Positions 42,190 through 57,675 of a DNA stretch of 64,000 bases are shown piece by piece. Location of the stretch: the NCBI GenBank assembly GCA_964016885.1, contig OZ024742.1:79112001-79176000 (forward strand), in the 5' to 3' direction. Made by a program: the position numbers and the translations under genes. The notes under the pieces were generated by a model that made no database searches, was not told the DNA's origin, and saw only the letters and a program-made list of their open reading frames with translations. Each line of letters begins with the position of its first letter. Positions within the stretch are counted from its first letter, which is position 1. This stretch comes from Eledone cirrhosa. Lineage: Eukaryota.

Positions 42190-42212
42190 CTTATATACAT
42201 ATATATATATAG

Positions 42213-42255
<43 letters not shown>

Positions 42256-42283
42256 CTTATATACATATATATATATATATACT

Positions 42284-42322
<39 letters not shown>

Positions 42323-42355
42323 TTATATACATGTATATATATATATATATACACT

Positions 42356-42452
<97 letters not shown>

Positions 42453-42456
42453 TTAT

Positions 42457-42493
<37 letters not shown>

Positions 42494-42498
42494 CTTAT

Positions 42499-42546
<48 letters not shown>

Positions 42547-42550
42547 TTAT

Positions 42551-42695
<145 letters not shown>

Positions 42696-42705
42696 AATAT
42701 ATACT

Positions 42706-42758
<53 letters not shown>

Positions 42759-42999
42759 AAGATTCAGGACTCCGATGGCTGAACGTTTCGACAGCTGAAT
42801 CATTACATATTCCCCACTCTACTACACCAAGTATCAAGTACTATGGTGACTTATGGTCTAGCTGCTTTTTACCACACTCTATCTGATATATATAATGTGT
42901 ATATATATATAATATATTATATTACATTATATAATATATATTATATAATGTATATATAATGTATATATACATAATATTATATAACAATTATATCTATAT

Positions 43000-43645
43000 A
43001 ATAGAGATATTCACACAATTATCATTCTCTTCTCTATTTTTGCCCAGCCCAACCTTCAATATTGTAGTCCACTGTGGTCACACAAAACAAAGTACTATGA
43101 AAATTGGATTACCTACCCGAAAGGCCAATTACAAAAAGATATATGGCATGACAGGCCTTGCTTATTGGAGTCAACTAGAAAAGCTCAAACTCTAATCTCT
43201 CCAACACTGCCACGAGCGCTACTTTATCTACAAAATGTGGAAAATATTCCATCAGCATTGTTCATATAATTTTGGCATTATCTTTAAAATCCACTGAACA
43301 CTTGGGGTCCCATGCTTTTCGCCCACTACAAAAATCAAATTTGCATCTCATAACAACTTTATGGCACTATCATTTCACCTCAACTTATCTCGCTGTTTTT
43401 AATATGACACAAAAATACATAAAAACAGAAACAGATTCCATAAAATTCGAAATGTCTTGGGCAAATTCTTCAATGAAATTCTAAATAAACCCCCTTAAAC
43501 CCAAATATGTCTCCGAAAACAATATTTCTACTTGAGTGGGCCACGGTGTTCAAAATATTTCATGATTTGAAAGACTTTGCCAGTTCATGCTATTAAGTTA
43601 GACATGGCCTTGGCCAATACTAGCCGGAAACTATCAAAGTTATAT
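43000..43645 (+). mobile_element. CR1-like LINE 3' fragment
   Basis: Homologous to the reverse complement of 55790-56420 (YWSQLEKLKL, KTETD.IK). Confidence 0.7.
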
Positions 43646-43659
43646 ATATATTATAATAG

Positions 43660-43993
43660 ATATCAGTAATATTAATAAATGGAAGCTATCTTTATAAAAC
43701 CATATTCATTTTATTATATATATTTAAAGGGTACCAACATTTTGGTACACTCCCATCAGATACAATACAAAAGTTGGTTTACAGATAGTGACATATTCAG
43801 ATGAGAACTTAATGTTGTGAGTTCAAAATTTTGGTACCCTTGAAATATATATGATAAAATAAATATGGTTTTATAAACATAGCTCCCATTTATTAATATT
43901 ACCGATATTATACTCCAGAAGATCACTGTTGAGTGCTTCTAATCTGTTATAAATTAAATTTGCTGAATAATCAACAAATTAAATAACTCATTG

Positions 43994-43997
<4 letters not shown>
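43660..43997 (+). mobile_element. Diverged family B foldback element with degenerate hammerheads
   Basis: Inverted arms ~43660-43745 and ~43825-43907; minus arm CTGATGG...TAAA, plus arm GAAATATATA; ACTC...GAGT hairpin at 43912-43934. Confidence 0.7.
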
Positions 43998-44048
<51 letters not shown>

Positions 44049-44137
44049 CAGTGTGTGTATGTATATATATGTGTGTGTGTATGTATATATATATATATAA
44101 ATGTATATATAATATATAAATATATATGCACATATAT

Positions 44138-44197
<60 letters not shown>

Positions 44198-44432
44198 GAA
44201 AAGTATAGAAATTATTATATATATATATATATGTATGTATATATTTATATATATAATATATTCATATAAATGTATATATACATATATATAATATATATAC
44301 ACGCACACATATATATGATATACATATATTTACATGATATATATATATATACATATATATGTTTACCCTTGCAAGCAGGGAAAAGCGGACGTATGATGAT
44401 GATGATGATGATGATGATGATGTATATGTCAT

Positions 44433-44499
<67 letters not shown>

Positions 44500-44564
44500 A
44501 ATAAAGATTCAGCGAGAATCGCATTTCGGCGGGCAGGAAAGGTGAAGCGAAACGCAAAAATCAG

Positions 44565-44640
<76 letters not shown>

Positions 44641-44945
44641 AAAATGAGTTTTTTTAATAAAAAAAAAACAACAACAAAAAAGAGGTGTCCTACACGGGTG
44701 AAAATATAAGGAAAAGAAATTGAAAATACCACCGGAGTCTTTTAAGAATATTTATTTCACAGTTCTTATGCTTTTCAAAAGCAAAATTGAGATGGAGGGT
44801 TTGTGTTTCTGTTGTGGTTTGTTTCCTATCCACAACACAAACCCTCCATCTCAATTTTGCTTTTGGAAAGCATAAGAACATATAACCGGTAAAGTAAATA
44901 AATAAATATTCTTAAAAGACTCCAGTTGCATTTTCAATTTCTTTT

Positions 44946-45068
<123 letters not shown>

Positions 45069-45253
45069 CGCGTGTGTGTGTGTGTGTGTATGTGAAGAGA
45101 TTCGGGACCCCGACTGTTGAGCTCCGGCCGTTTCGACAGCCAGTTCGGATCTAGCTGTCGGGGTCCTGAATCTTTTCATATTACCCAATCTACTTCCCCA
45201 AGTATCAAGTACTCGGGTGCGTTATGGTCCACCTGGTTTTTTACTACACCCTA

Positions 45254-45321
<68 letters not shown>

Positions 45322-45440
45322 TACATGCACACGCATACATATATATACATCTACATACATATGCAGGGTGACCCAGAAAATGTATACATACATATATTAG
45401 AATGTTGTTGAAGTATGTATACACTTTTGAGGACACATTG

Positions 45441-45472
<32 letters not shown>

Positions 45473-45873
45473 GACATACATATAGCGTATCGGTACGTAC
45501 ACGCGTGTGTGTATATAGTTATGACCGAGTGGTTAAATTCGCTTCGCTGTTATGGTGTCCAGGGTAATATATACAAGTTTTATCACAGATCAGTACCGAT
45601 CCCAGACCGGCGAGTATTCTGGGTAGATACACGAAAATTTTACTTTTAATTTAGATGACCATGTCTTCACGCCCTACCATGTACCTAAGAATTATGTTAT
45701 GGTTCAATGTCTCTGCGGAATACTCAGCCACTTACATTGTAATTTAAGTTTACTTAATTGAATAGCTGGAAAAAGTATTATAGAAACCGATGGAAGATGT
45801 GTTTATATTATATATATATATATATATATAGGGACGAAACAAGTCAATTGCATGAACTCATAATCCTTTATAT

Positions 45874-45929
45874 ACTGCTATATATATTTCGATGATAGCT
45901 ATTGAATGGCTATGACCTCATCAGGCAGT
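45874..45929 (-). ncRNA. Type I hammerhead ribozyme (separate family)
   Basis: ACTGC-CTGATGA-GGTCATAGCCATTCAATAGCTATCATC-GAAA-TATATA-TA-GCAGT; stem I ACTGC/GCAGT; palindromic stem III. Confidence 0.8.
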
Positions 45930-46328
45930 TAGTCTGTTCTTAGATATGCCAGCTCTGTGTTTATAGTGTTGATGGTATCAGAGCCTTATATATATATATG
46001 TATATATTTATGTTCTCGTTAATACATTGAACCGTATCCGGTAATTTGCTCACTTGCATGCATACGTACATACATACGAACATACGAATATACGTACATA
46101 CATACGAACATACACACATACATACCTATGTACATACATACACATATAGATACACACACTTTTACTATCACAAACGTTATTACATTGAACCATATCCTGT
46201 AAATATGCACATATGATACGTACGTACGTACGTACGTACGTACGTACGTACATACATACATACATACATACATACATACATACATACATACATACATACA
46301 TACATACATACATACATACATACATACA

Positions 46329-46905
46329 TGGTGGCTGCCAACTCGTTTTCGAGTACGGCCACTACTTTATATCCATGTAGGAGAACCCCTACCGATGCGC
46401 TGAACGGGTGTGACTTTTTAGTCCAGCCAGCGACTTGAAAACTCTGGTACAAACACTACACTTGTGACAATTATTGACACATAGTGCTGGGCCCATGGTA
46501 CCATGTGACGACAAGTGCAGCGAGATCAGAGATCTCCAGATATAAAGCAATGCTTGTGCCGTGAAGCTTTTATAGTGAGCAAAGGCACTGCACAAAGCCA
46601 GTCCCACTCTCTTAACCAAGATGATATTTACCAAAAAGAAGAACAAGTCAACATCATTGGATACCATCAGGGTTGCAGGTGTTATATCAGAGTTTTCCTT
46701 CTCCTAGAATTCTGCCTTGACAAAGGCTAAGGGGTCATCTCTCCCAGTGATTTTGGATGGCCATTGACTCTTAAGAGCTCCTTTGCCCTTTGACAGGTTT
46801 TGTTTTTAGTCCTGGTGGGGTTGCCAGTTTAGTCGCCAACGACCCGACCATGGGACAGGTTGTACTGGGATACATGTTACCAGTAGCACCAACTGGTGAC
46901 CTGGC
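46329..46905 (-). mobile_element. Internally deleted RTE derivative: structured 5' leader plus C2H2-encoding 3' end
   Basis: 3' part translates CSVCTRVFKSLAGLKSHTRSAH*; (ATGT)n on both sides; 5' ~95 nt shared with 54518. Confidence 0.75.
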
Positions 46906-47272
46906 ATACATACATACATACATACATACATACATACATACATACATACATACATACATACATGCATACACAGTTTTAAAATCACAAACGGGTTTTGCAA
47001 GCAGACTCTAGAAACACCGACACACTACATATAAACGGGTTACATATTTAAACACTTTACCATTACGAATGTATAAAATCCAGCAGACGATGGATAAACA
47101 CGTGTAATCAACTACCTAGATAGTATACATACACGTACGTGAGTCGATACTAACATACATGCAGAACCAACTAGTAATGTATGCTGCGATATAATAATAT
47201 TAGCAGTAATAGGACACAATAATATTAGTAGTAATAATCAAACACCTGGACCTGACAAAATATATTTGCATG

Positions 47273-47389
<117 letters not shown>

Positions 47390-47391
47390 GG

Positions 47392-47437
47392 CTTCTACAG
47401 GGCTAGAACTGTTTCATTTGGGAGAAATCATCAGGAG
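47392..47437 (-). ncRNA. Type I hammerhead ribozyme (family A) in foldback element 47386-47570
   Basis: CTC-CTGATGA-TTTCTCCCAAAT-GAAA-CAG-TTCTAGCC-CTG-TA-GAAG; the plus arm carries a core-truncated copy; ACTC...GAGT at 47501-47519. Confidence 0.7.
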
Positions 47438-47593
47438 ATGATTTATCCCGAATGAAACAGTTCTATTCCTGTAGAAGCCATTTCTGTATCAAATATTTAT
47501 ACTCTGCTATGTATTGAGTACCTTACTCACTGTGGTTACCCCCGATTGAACCCGGGATAAACTTATCTTATATATACATATATATATATATAT

Positions 47594-47700
<107 letters not shown>

Positions 47701-47854
47701 TGCTATTTTAAGCGTTAAACTATAATATTCCTTCTATATGCTGTACCGATTGTGTTGTTATTTCTGTTTACCTTTACACACACACATATATATACACACA
47801 CATATATATATATACACACACATACATACATACACACACATATATATATCTTAT

Positions 47855-48245
47855 ATATAAAAATGACTTCTACAGGACTAGAACTGTTTCATTCGTATGA
47901 AATCAACAGGACATTCCTGTTGTTTTCCTACGAATGAATCAGTTCTAGCCCTGTATAAGTAAGTCATTTCTATATACAATAAATAATTGTTTCTACTTTT
48001 GGCACAAGGCCAGCAATTCACCAGTGCATTACTGGTACTTTATTTTATCGACCCCGTAAGGATGAAAGACAAAGTTAACCTCGGCGGGATTTGAACTCAG
48101 AATGGCAAGGGCCGTAACTCTATGCGTCAAAGCATGGCGTCCGACCCTCTACCGATACTGCCAATCCAAATGCCTATACTCTATCAACGTATTGAGTACC
48201 TATTTTTAAACTGTGGTTACCACTCGATATAATTGGGAATCTACA
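47855..48245 (+). mobile_element. Family A foldback element (degenerate hammerheads) interrupted by SINE 2 at 47982-48168
   Basis: Cores CTGTTGA (minus) and CTGTTGT (plus); ACTC...GAGT at 48178-48197 after the SINE. Confidence 0.7.
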
Positions 48246-48246
48246 T

Positions 48247-48279
<33 letters not shown>

Positions 48280-48389
48280 TATATATATAATATATATATA
48301 TAATATATATATATATATAATATATAATATATATATATATATATATAAAGAATGAATAATAACAGGTAGACATCATAATCCTATACCTA

Positions 48390-48442
<53 letters not shown>

Positions 48443-48679
48443 GTGTGTGTGTACATTGTTGGGAAAACACCCGGACCTCACAAAAGTAACGAAACAAGGA
48501 AAGAAATGTTTGATGTAGAATTCGTCTATGTACGACGTGTGAGTGGATATATACACATTTATACATATATATATATACATAAACACACACATACATACAT
48601 ATCTCTATATATAAACATACTCATATATGTAATATATATACATACATTTATATATATATATATATATATATATACATAC

Positions 48680-48777
<98 letters not shown>

Positions 48778-48913
48778 GGAAAGTTATATTTAAATTGTTG
48801 GGTTACAACTAGTAAATGAGGAAGGCATAGCATATTGTTAATATGATATCCCTGAAATATATATAATGAAATAAATATGGTTTTATAAATATAGTTTCCA
48901 TTTATTTAATATC

Positions 48914-48953
<40 letters not shown>

Positions 48954-48977
48954 TTATATATATATATATATATATAC

Positions 48978-49018
<41 letters not shown>

Positions 49019-49043
49019 TGTAATAAACAACATAAGGCAATTA

Positions 49044-49103
49044 TTCCATTTACCAGTGGTTTCTTAAAAGCAAAAAATCTTGCTTTCAATCATCAGAACG
49101 AAA
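49044..49103 (-). ncRNA. Type I hammerhead ribozyme (family C, antisense arm)
   Basis: Reverse complement of 49168-49227. Confidence 0.8.
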
Positions 49104-49167
49104 AAAGCCTGGTCTGTTTATTGATATTGGATTTTAAAATCCGATATCAATAAACAGACCAGGCTTT

Positions 49168-49227
49168 TTTCGTTCTGATGATTGAAAGCAAGATTTTTTG
49201 CTTTTAAGAAACCACTGGTAAATGGAA
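49168..49227 (+). ncRNA. Type I hammerhead ribozyme (family C)
   Basis: TTTCGTT-CTGATGA-TTGAAAGCAA...TTGCTTTTAA-GAAA-CCACTGG-TA-AATGGAA; GUA cleavage triplet. Confidence 0.8.
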
Positions 49228-49321
49228 TAATTGCCTTATGTTGTTTATTACATAACTATTAAGCTCTGTTACCTACATAGAGCAGTCTTTTTTCCTGGAC
49301 TTTACCGACGGAATTACTTCA

Positions 49322-49376
<55 letters not shown>

Positions 49377-49444
49377 TATATATAGTTACTAAGTTAAGGC
49401 ACCATAACATATATATGATGATTATGTTTCTCCATAGAAAAGTT

Positions 49445-49487
<43 letters not shown>

Positions 49488-49776
49488 TTGTGTTTTAACT
49501 GAGAATTTAATTGGTTAACTCAATTAATGAATGAACATACCTGAGCGGATAAGTAACTTAATCTAATCTAGTCTTTTTCATCAATAACTAATATTTAAAT
49601 ACTGCTTTTAATATATTCTACTTTCACACTAATTTCTACGTCTTTTGTTGTTATATATCCTTGATTAACCATAGTTCAGTCATCCTTAAGCAGATAGACC
49701 ATCAAAGATGTTCCAGCCGTAACCATTCCACGTTTTATAACTTTTGTTTCACATTTTTTGTTTTGTTTTCAGGCAC

Positions 49777-49822
<46 letters not shown>

Positions 49823-49897
49823 TATATACTATATATATATATAGAGAGAGAGAGAGAGACACACACTCAACACACACATATATATATACACACACAC

Positions 49898-49978
<81 letters not shown>

Positions 49979-50023
49979 AATAAATGGAAACTATATTTAT
50001 AAAACCATATTTATTTTATTATG

Positions 50024-50054
<31 letters not shown>

Positions 50055-50100
50055 ATTTATATATATATATATATATGTGTGTAGTACTTGATATATACTG

Positions 50101-50170
<70 letters not shown>

Positions 50171-50217
50171 CACATATATATATATATACATATAGATATA
50201 TATATATATACATACAC

Positions 50218-50288
<71 letters not shown>

Positions 50289-50315
50289 AATATATACATA
50301 CATATATATATACAT

Positions 50316-50346
<31 letters not shown>

Positions 50347-50538
50347 ACGAAGGAAATGTGGTAAGGAACCAGATGGACCATAACGCACCAAAGTACTCAA
50401 TACTTAGGGTAGTAGAGTGGGTAATAGGAACGAGTAGGACCCCGACGGCTGAGCTCAAGCCGTTTCGTGTCCAGTGTCCGTGTCCAGAATTAGCCGTCGA
50501 AACGGCTTGAGCTCAGCCGTCGGGGTCCTACGCGTTCC

Positions 50539-50540
<2 letters not shown>
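50347..50540 (-). mobile_element. Family D foldback element with hammerhead 3' half
   Basis: GAAA-CGGC...GCCG-TC-GGGGTC in both arms; tail ACTC...TATTGAGTAC; other copies 2612-2700, 42757-42890, 45090-45260, 52770-52934. Confidence 0.7.
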
Positions 50541-50589
<49 letters not shown>

Positions 50590-50604
50590 ACACTTAGGCC
50601 AGTT

Positions 50605-50648
<44 letters not shown>

Positions 50649-51086
50649 CACTATGTATCAAATATATATCACATCACGTTTTACATAAGACGGTCAGCTT
50701 TGATTTAACGGCGATTTGACTGCTATTTCTAGCAAGTCATGGCTCTGCTTAGATTTAGATTCAGTTGCCGACGATATCATGTATAGTTTGTCCGCTGACA
50801 ATTTTTTGTTCCTCGTCTTTTGGCAATTACAGCACTTAGAATAGAATATAGCCTCTACATTTCACCTAATACAGTTGGTGATCCGCTTATAGTAATCAAT
50901 GACAGTGTCATCTGGCGGTTATTGTAATCGAAAAAGCTTAATTCCATAGTGATTACAATAAGCGGCTTTATCTGATTATGTATTGAGTACACTTTATATT
51001 ATTCATATATATATATAACACTTGCAATTTCTATTGCTCCAGAATCTGTCAAACGTGTAGTCGCGATTTGTGTATTTTCGGCTTAA

Positions 51087-51174
<88 letters not shown>

Positions 51175-51562
51175 TGTATGTGTGTGTGTAGCTGTATTTA
51201 CTACAGTAACAATCGCCAAGTTTTTCCTTCTCATATGTATACAAGAGAGAGCATTATTTAAGTACATACCTTAACTTCTTAAAATCACCATACTACACGA
51301 AGTAGCGGTTGTTGGTCGTGTTGATGTTGTTTTAGTAGTTGTTGTGGTATGGTAATAAGACAGCAATAACATCTCAGAGTATATATATATATATTTATAT
51401 ATATGTGTACGTATATATATATTGTATGTGTTTGTATATGTCAACTGTTTTCCTGGTCGCTCGCTGTGATAAGAGATAAATCCATATAAAACTCGCTTTT
51501 TAACGTGCTTTTTTAATGTGCGTGTATTAATCCATTAAACCAGGCTTTTGCCTTCGCATATA

Positions 51563-51637
<75 letters not shown>

Positions 51638-51640
51638 GTG

Positions 51641-51674
<34 letters not shown>

Positions 51675-52387
51675 TGTATATATATAAACGTATATATATA
51701 TGTGTGTGTGTTTGTATATATGTATATATGCTTCCGTTACCAAATGATTGGTTAACTATTATATTTTATAGTATATATCCTATATTGTACTATATATGCT
51801 AGGATAGATCGTAATATGGTGTGTAATGTCGGGGTGTGTGGTTGTGCTGTGTAAACAAGCCAGTAAGCAGACTTAAGTAGTAGCAGCAGAAGAATGAGAA
51901 GAAGCTAGTAGTACATACACCACACCACTTATCAGTCAGTTATCAAACTAAAACCTCTATACTATTATAATAATAAATAATAATAACGATAACACTAAGC
52001 AACACAGCACATCAGATCACATCTCCTCGCATCGCATCAATATCCACCAATGTAACACCTTCTAACGGAAGTAGTGTGAGAGAGAAAAGAGAGAAACAGT
52101 GTGGTGGTATAAAGGGATAGAATAGATAGATAGATATATAACGTAATAATATAAATACTTAGTGAATGAATGAGAGACAGAGAGCGAGTAATTGAATGGA
52201 GTGAGTGAAAGCGTAAGACTGTATGAGAGAGAGTGTAGTTAGAGTAATAGATAGTGTAATAGAAATGAAGTCAGAAGGGTGTAAAAAGATTAAACAAGAG
52301 ATAGTTGTTGAGTTACAGAGCGAAGAAAACAGAAAGAAAAGGCGGTATTACAATCTACAATATGTGTATGCAACCATACACACACGT

Positions 52388-52457
<70 letters not shown>

Positions 52458-52491
52458 CATACATACATACATACATACATACATACATACA

Positions 52492-52524
<33 letters not shown>

Positions 52525-52716
52525 TGATTGATTGATGGTAAAAAAAAAAATTGAACCCCTAACAATGTGTATCAACAATATGGTTTCGATTCGCCGTCAA
52601 CGCCATTTCACTTCACTGAACGGGTTAATACAAATGAGAAAAGAATAAACTTTACAACATCCAATTTCACACTATTCTAAATATATGAACACACACACAC
52701 ATTCACTCCCTCTCTC

Positions 52717-52760
<44 letters not shown>

Positions 52761-53098
52761 TAGATAGATAACGAAGGAAGTGTGGTAAGGAACCAGGTGG
52801 ACCATAGCGCACCAGAGTACTCAATACTTAGGGTAGTAGAGTGGGTAATAGGAAAAGGTTCAAGACCCCCATGAGTCCAGAAATAGCCGTCGAAATGGCT
52901 CGAGCTCTACCTTCGGGGTCTTGAACTTTTTCATATATATATATATATATATAATTACAACAGTGACATAAACAGGTACTTAAGTTTCGTTGGGTTCTGG
53001 GCCCCAACTGTTTATGTCACTGTTGTAATTATTTATTCTAAACTCGTCCTATAGACTGAGTGCTCTTACTCGTAGATATTTCCATTTAACTTACTTCA

Positions 53099-53229
<131 letters not shown>

Positions 53230-54083
53230 CTGCAGTATTGGGAGCTGTCTGGTCCCACAAATCAAAGAAAGTACTCGAAATATGGTATGATGCAGAGTGT
53301 GTAAGAGTAGAGAATTGGACGGCGTGCTCGGCGGTTTCGGTTAGTTACCTAACGGAATTAGTGTGAGAGAGACTGAGATAACTAGCCGAAACCGTTGAGA
53401 TCACGCTCGTTCCTCTACTCTTACTAATATGTATATATGAGGGGCGGAGGTAGTATTTCTGAATTGTGTGGTGTGGTGGTGATCTGGTCAATTTAGTTGT
53501 AGTGATTAGTTTAGCTGTTATTATCAAATATCAACTAGGATATTAAAAAAAACTTCAATATGCGATAAACATAACATATAGATAAACTGTAGCGCATATA
53601 CAAATAGATGTGTTTTCGTAGTTTTGGAAGAAAAAATATGATTATTGGTGGGGGAGGGGGGAATGGACCCCTCCCGTATATGTCTATCCCGTATATGTTT
53701 GTGTGGTTGACGGGAGAAAGAAAAGAGGACTCAATACTGAAGTACAATTTGAATATTCATTTATTCTGGTTAAATATTGAGTTTTGTTACTCTGGATCCT
53801 GTGAGTACGCATGTGAAACTCCAGAGTAACAAAACCCACGCACACTGGACATGGTTTCAGTCACTAGATTATGAAGATGCTGGGGCACTCCTTTTATTTG
53901 GGCAGGTAGTTATTTTGTCGATCTCTGTTTTTATTGAACCGCTATATTACTGAACATAAATATATACACACATGCGACAAGCTCCGTCTACAACATTCTG
54001 TTGTTTGACTAAACCCTGAACCACATGGCTGTGAAATATTCTCTTTAATTACACACCCATGTCTGGGAACACACACACGCACG

Positions 54084-54156
<73 letters not shown>

Positions 54157-54332
54157 GGTTGACGACTGAGAGAAAAGGGTACTCAATACCGGAGTAGAGT
54201 TTAAATATTCATATTATTAAACCTAAATAGTGAGACTTGTTACTCTGGAGTTTCACCTGCTTATCACGGGGTGATGACTGTGCAAAATTTAGCCTTAATA
54301 AAATGAATATATATATTTATATATGTATATAT

Positions 54333-54397
<65 letters not shown>

Positions 54398-54422
54398 TAT
54401 ATATGTGTATATATATACACAC

Positions 54423-54496
<74 letters not shown>

Positions 54497-54517
54497 TTAT
54501 ATGTATATATATACTAT

Positions 54518-55070
54518 GTCAGGTCACTCTTGAGTGCTACTGGTAACATGTAAACCAGTACAACGTGTCGCATGGTTGGGCCGTCGGCGACTAAGCTGGC
54601 AACCCCACCAAATTTACTTGGTGAGGAGGGTGAACGGTCACGAAGGCGGCGACAGCAAGCGGTGTGGAGCGCTGGGGCACGGCAAGGCACTACAGACGTC
54701 GTGGCCATCCACTGCAGCCAAGGAAGTCGCTGGTCGTGAGGGTCCTCCGTACCACCGGATTCTGGCTTCTGCGGCCGAGTGAGTGGGACCGTCACTGTGC
54801 ACTGGCCCTCCCACTATAAACCTTTCCCTCCCTCACATGTTTCTTCTTTAGCGTGCACTCCCAAATCCCTGCGGCGATAGGCAAGAGGCGGAGGTAAGAG
54901 GTGGAGCTAACCTCTGGGAGTTGCCAGGCTGACTCCGGTATTTCCCCTGCCCCCACTGTTCCCGGACCTGCAAATCATAGATCGGCCTCCAACAGCCACC
55001 TTCGTGCCCACAGCAGACGGGAACAACAATAAAAAAGATGTCATCATAGTTTACGATGGACAACCTAGAG
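54518..55070 (+). mobile_element. Second internally deleted RTE derivative (same 5' leader, different C2H2 3' end)
   Basis: Leader GTCAGGTCAC...CGACTAAGCTGGCAACCCCACC; 3' part [21 protein letters not shown]; tail ACGATGGACAACC. Confidence 0.7.
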
Positions 55071-55092
55071 AATATATATACATATATATATG

Positions 55093-55137
<45 letters not shown>

Positions 55138-55250
55138 ATATGTATATATATACATATGTGTGTGTATGTATATACATATATGTATGTATATGTATATATA
55201 TGTATGTATGTATGTATATACGCACACAAACACATGTATGTATTTATATG

Positions 55251-55355
<105 letters not shown>

Positions 55356-55467
55356 ATGTAAATGTATGATATATGTATATATGCATGCAAAATGTAAACG
55401 GAAGCAACAAAGCAAGTAACAGAGTACAATAAATATATTAGTTTAACGCCTCATATAGTCGGAAAAA

Positions 55468-55506
55468 GATTTGACGTTTCAGAAACGAGTCCTTCATTAG
55501 AAGATC
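55468..55506 (-). ncRNA. Degenerate minimal type I hammerhead
   Basis: GATCTT-CTAATGA-AGGACTCGTTTCT-GAAA-CG-TC-AAATC; ACGU palindromic stem III; G5 mutated. Confidence 0.55.
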
Positions 55507-55618
55507 GAGGAGTCTTTATTCTTATAGCCTGGTCTAATTGATTTTTATATGGTTAATTATGCTAATTGGGAGAGGAAATGGTATATATTTTATCTAATAA
55601 TTCTAAGGACATGATTTA

Positions 55619-55758
<140 letters not shown>

Positions 55759-55784
55759 ATATACATATATGTGCGTCTGTGTGT

Positions 55785-56885
55785 TTTATATAACTTTGAT
55801 AGGTTTTGGCCAATATTGGCCCAGGCCATGTTTAACTTAATAACACCACCTGGCAAAGTTTAAAATCATATTTTGGACACCATGGCCCACTCAAACAGAG
55901 TGTTATAGTTTTAGGAGACATATCCTGGTTTATCCAGAATTTCTTGGACGAATTTATCCAAGACATTTTTAGTTTTATGGGATCTGTTTCTGTTTTTATG
56001 TGTTTTTGGTGTAATGTTAAAGAGCAGGACCAGTTGAGGTGAAATAATTGTGCTGGAATGTTGTTATGAGATGCATGTTTGATTTTTGTTGTGGGCGGAT
56101 AGCCCGGAACCCAGGCCATAGGTGTATTTTAAAGATGATACCAACATCATTTGAGAAATGCTGATTGAATATGTTTTACATCATGCAGATAATGTAGTGT
56201 TCATGGCAGTGTTGGAGAGATTAGAGTTTGAGCTTTTCTAGTTGACTCCAATAGTCAAGTTCTGCAATGCCTCCTATTTCTTTTGTGATTGACATTTGTG
56301 GTGCTTCAATTTTCATGATGCTTTGTTTCGTATGTTGAGACCACAGTGGACAACAGTATTCAAGTTGAGATTGGGCAAAAGTAGAGAAGAGAAAGATAAC
56401 AGTGTGGATATCTCTCGACTGGAAAGATCTGGGAATCCAGGAACACATTCTGAGGGCCATGTAAACTTTGCTGTTTCTATGAGTGGCCTAGCTTATGTGG
56501 TTATCAACAATTACTGCCAGGTCTCTGCTGTTGTTAGATGCCAGGAGGGTATCACCTGAAGGAAGGGAATATGAGAGTTTCAGTGCATCCTCTTTTCCAA
56601 AGTGGATAAGTTCAAATTTATCCTCGCTCAGTAGCATATAGTTTTTTCTGCCTATTGGATAACAGCAAGTAGATCTGATTGAAGACATGTCTGGTTTCCA
56701 ACTCCATTGATGACCTTCTCGAGCTTGGAATCATCTGCAAAGATTCTTATGTTGCTGTGCTTGATGACGTCAATAATATCAATGATATATAATGAAGAGA
56801 AGTGGGCCCAACACAGTGCCCTGTGGGACGCCCCTACTGACTTTGGTAGTCAAACGGTAAACCACAGTTTGACTGTCTGCTCCGT
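55785..56885 (-). mobile_element. CR1-like LINE 3' fragment (RT remnant)
   Basis: GVPQGTVLGPLLFIIY, FADDSK, QSQLEYCCPLWS remnants with frameshifts. Confidence 0.8.
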
Positions 56886-57163
56886 ATGTTCGGTGTTCTT
56901 CGTGCGTCCCTTGTATTACACACACACACACATAGTGACAGAAAGAGAAAATAATATGGAAAAATGTGCGTGTATAAATACACATGAATATATATATAGT
57001 GAAAGAGAGAAAGAGAAATTTATATAGAAAAATGTGTGTATATCACATATATATATATATGTGTGTGTGTGTGTATGCATATCTCTATAACCACTTTGCA
57101 TCTACCCATACATTGAGTACTCTTATGATTAGTGGTCTCCCCCGTCTCAGCCCCGCTGACGTC

Positions 57164-57250
<87 letters not shown>

Positions 57251-57378
57251 CGTAGAAATATCCGAGACCCCCAGTAGACAACTGATGAGGAACCCCCTCC
57301 CCCCAGTTCTTGCTTTCTTCGTATTCCCACTGCATTTTAAGTTACCTCAAATAACAACTACACGGCCAGTTCTATTCT

Positions 57379-57437
<59 letters not shown>

Positions 57438-57438
<1 letters not shown>

Positions 57439-57639
57439 CGAAGGAAATGTGGTAAGGAACCAGATGGACCATAACGCACCAGAGTACTCAATACTTAGGG
57501 TAGTAGAGTGGGAAATAGGAAAAAGTATGACCCCGACGGCAGAGCTGAAGCCGTTTCGGCGGCTATTTCTGGACTAATTCTGTCCAGAAATAGCCGTCGA
57601 AATGGCTTGAGCTCTGCCGTCGGGGGTCATACTTTTTCC

Positions 57640-57642
<3 letters not shown>
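57438..57642 (-). mobile_element. Family D foldback element (best-preserved copy)
   Basis: Arms 57515-57574 and 57582-57642, 7-nt loop; flanked by (TA)n. Confidence 0.75.

Positions 57643-57675
<33 letters not shown>

Noticed and set aside
57278-57312. CTGATGA-GGAAC...GTTCT hammerhead start
   Set aside because: Stem II is not followed by GAAA; at best a truncated half
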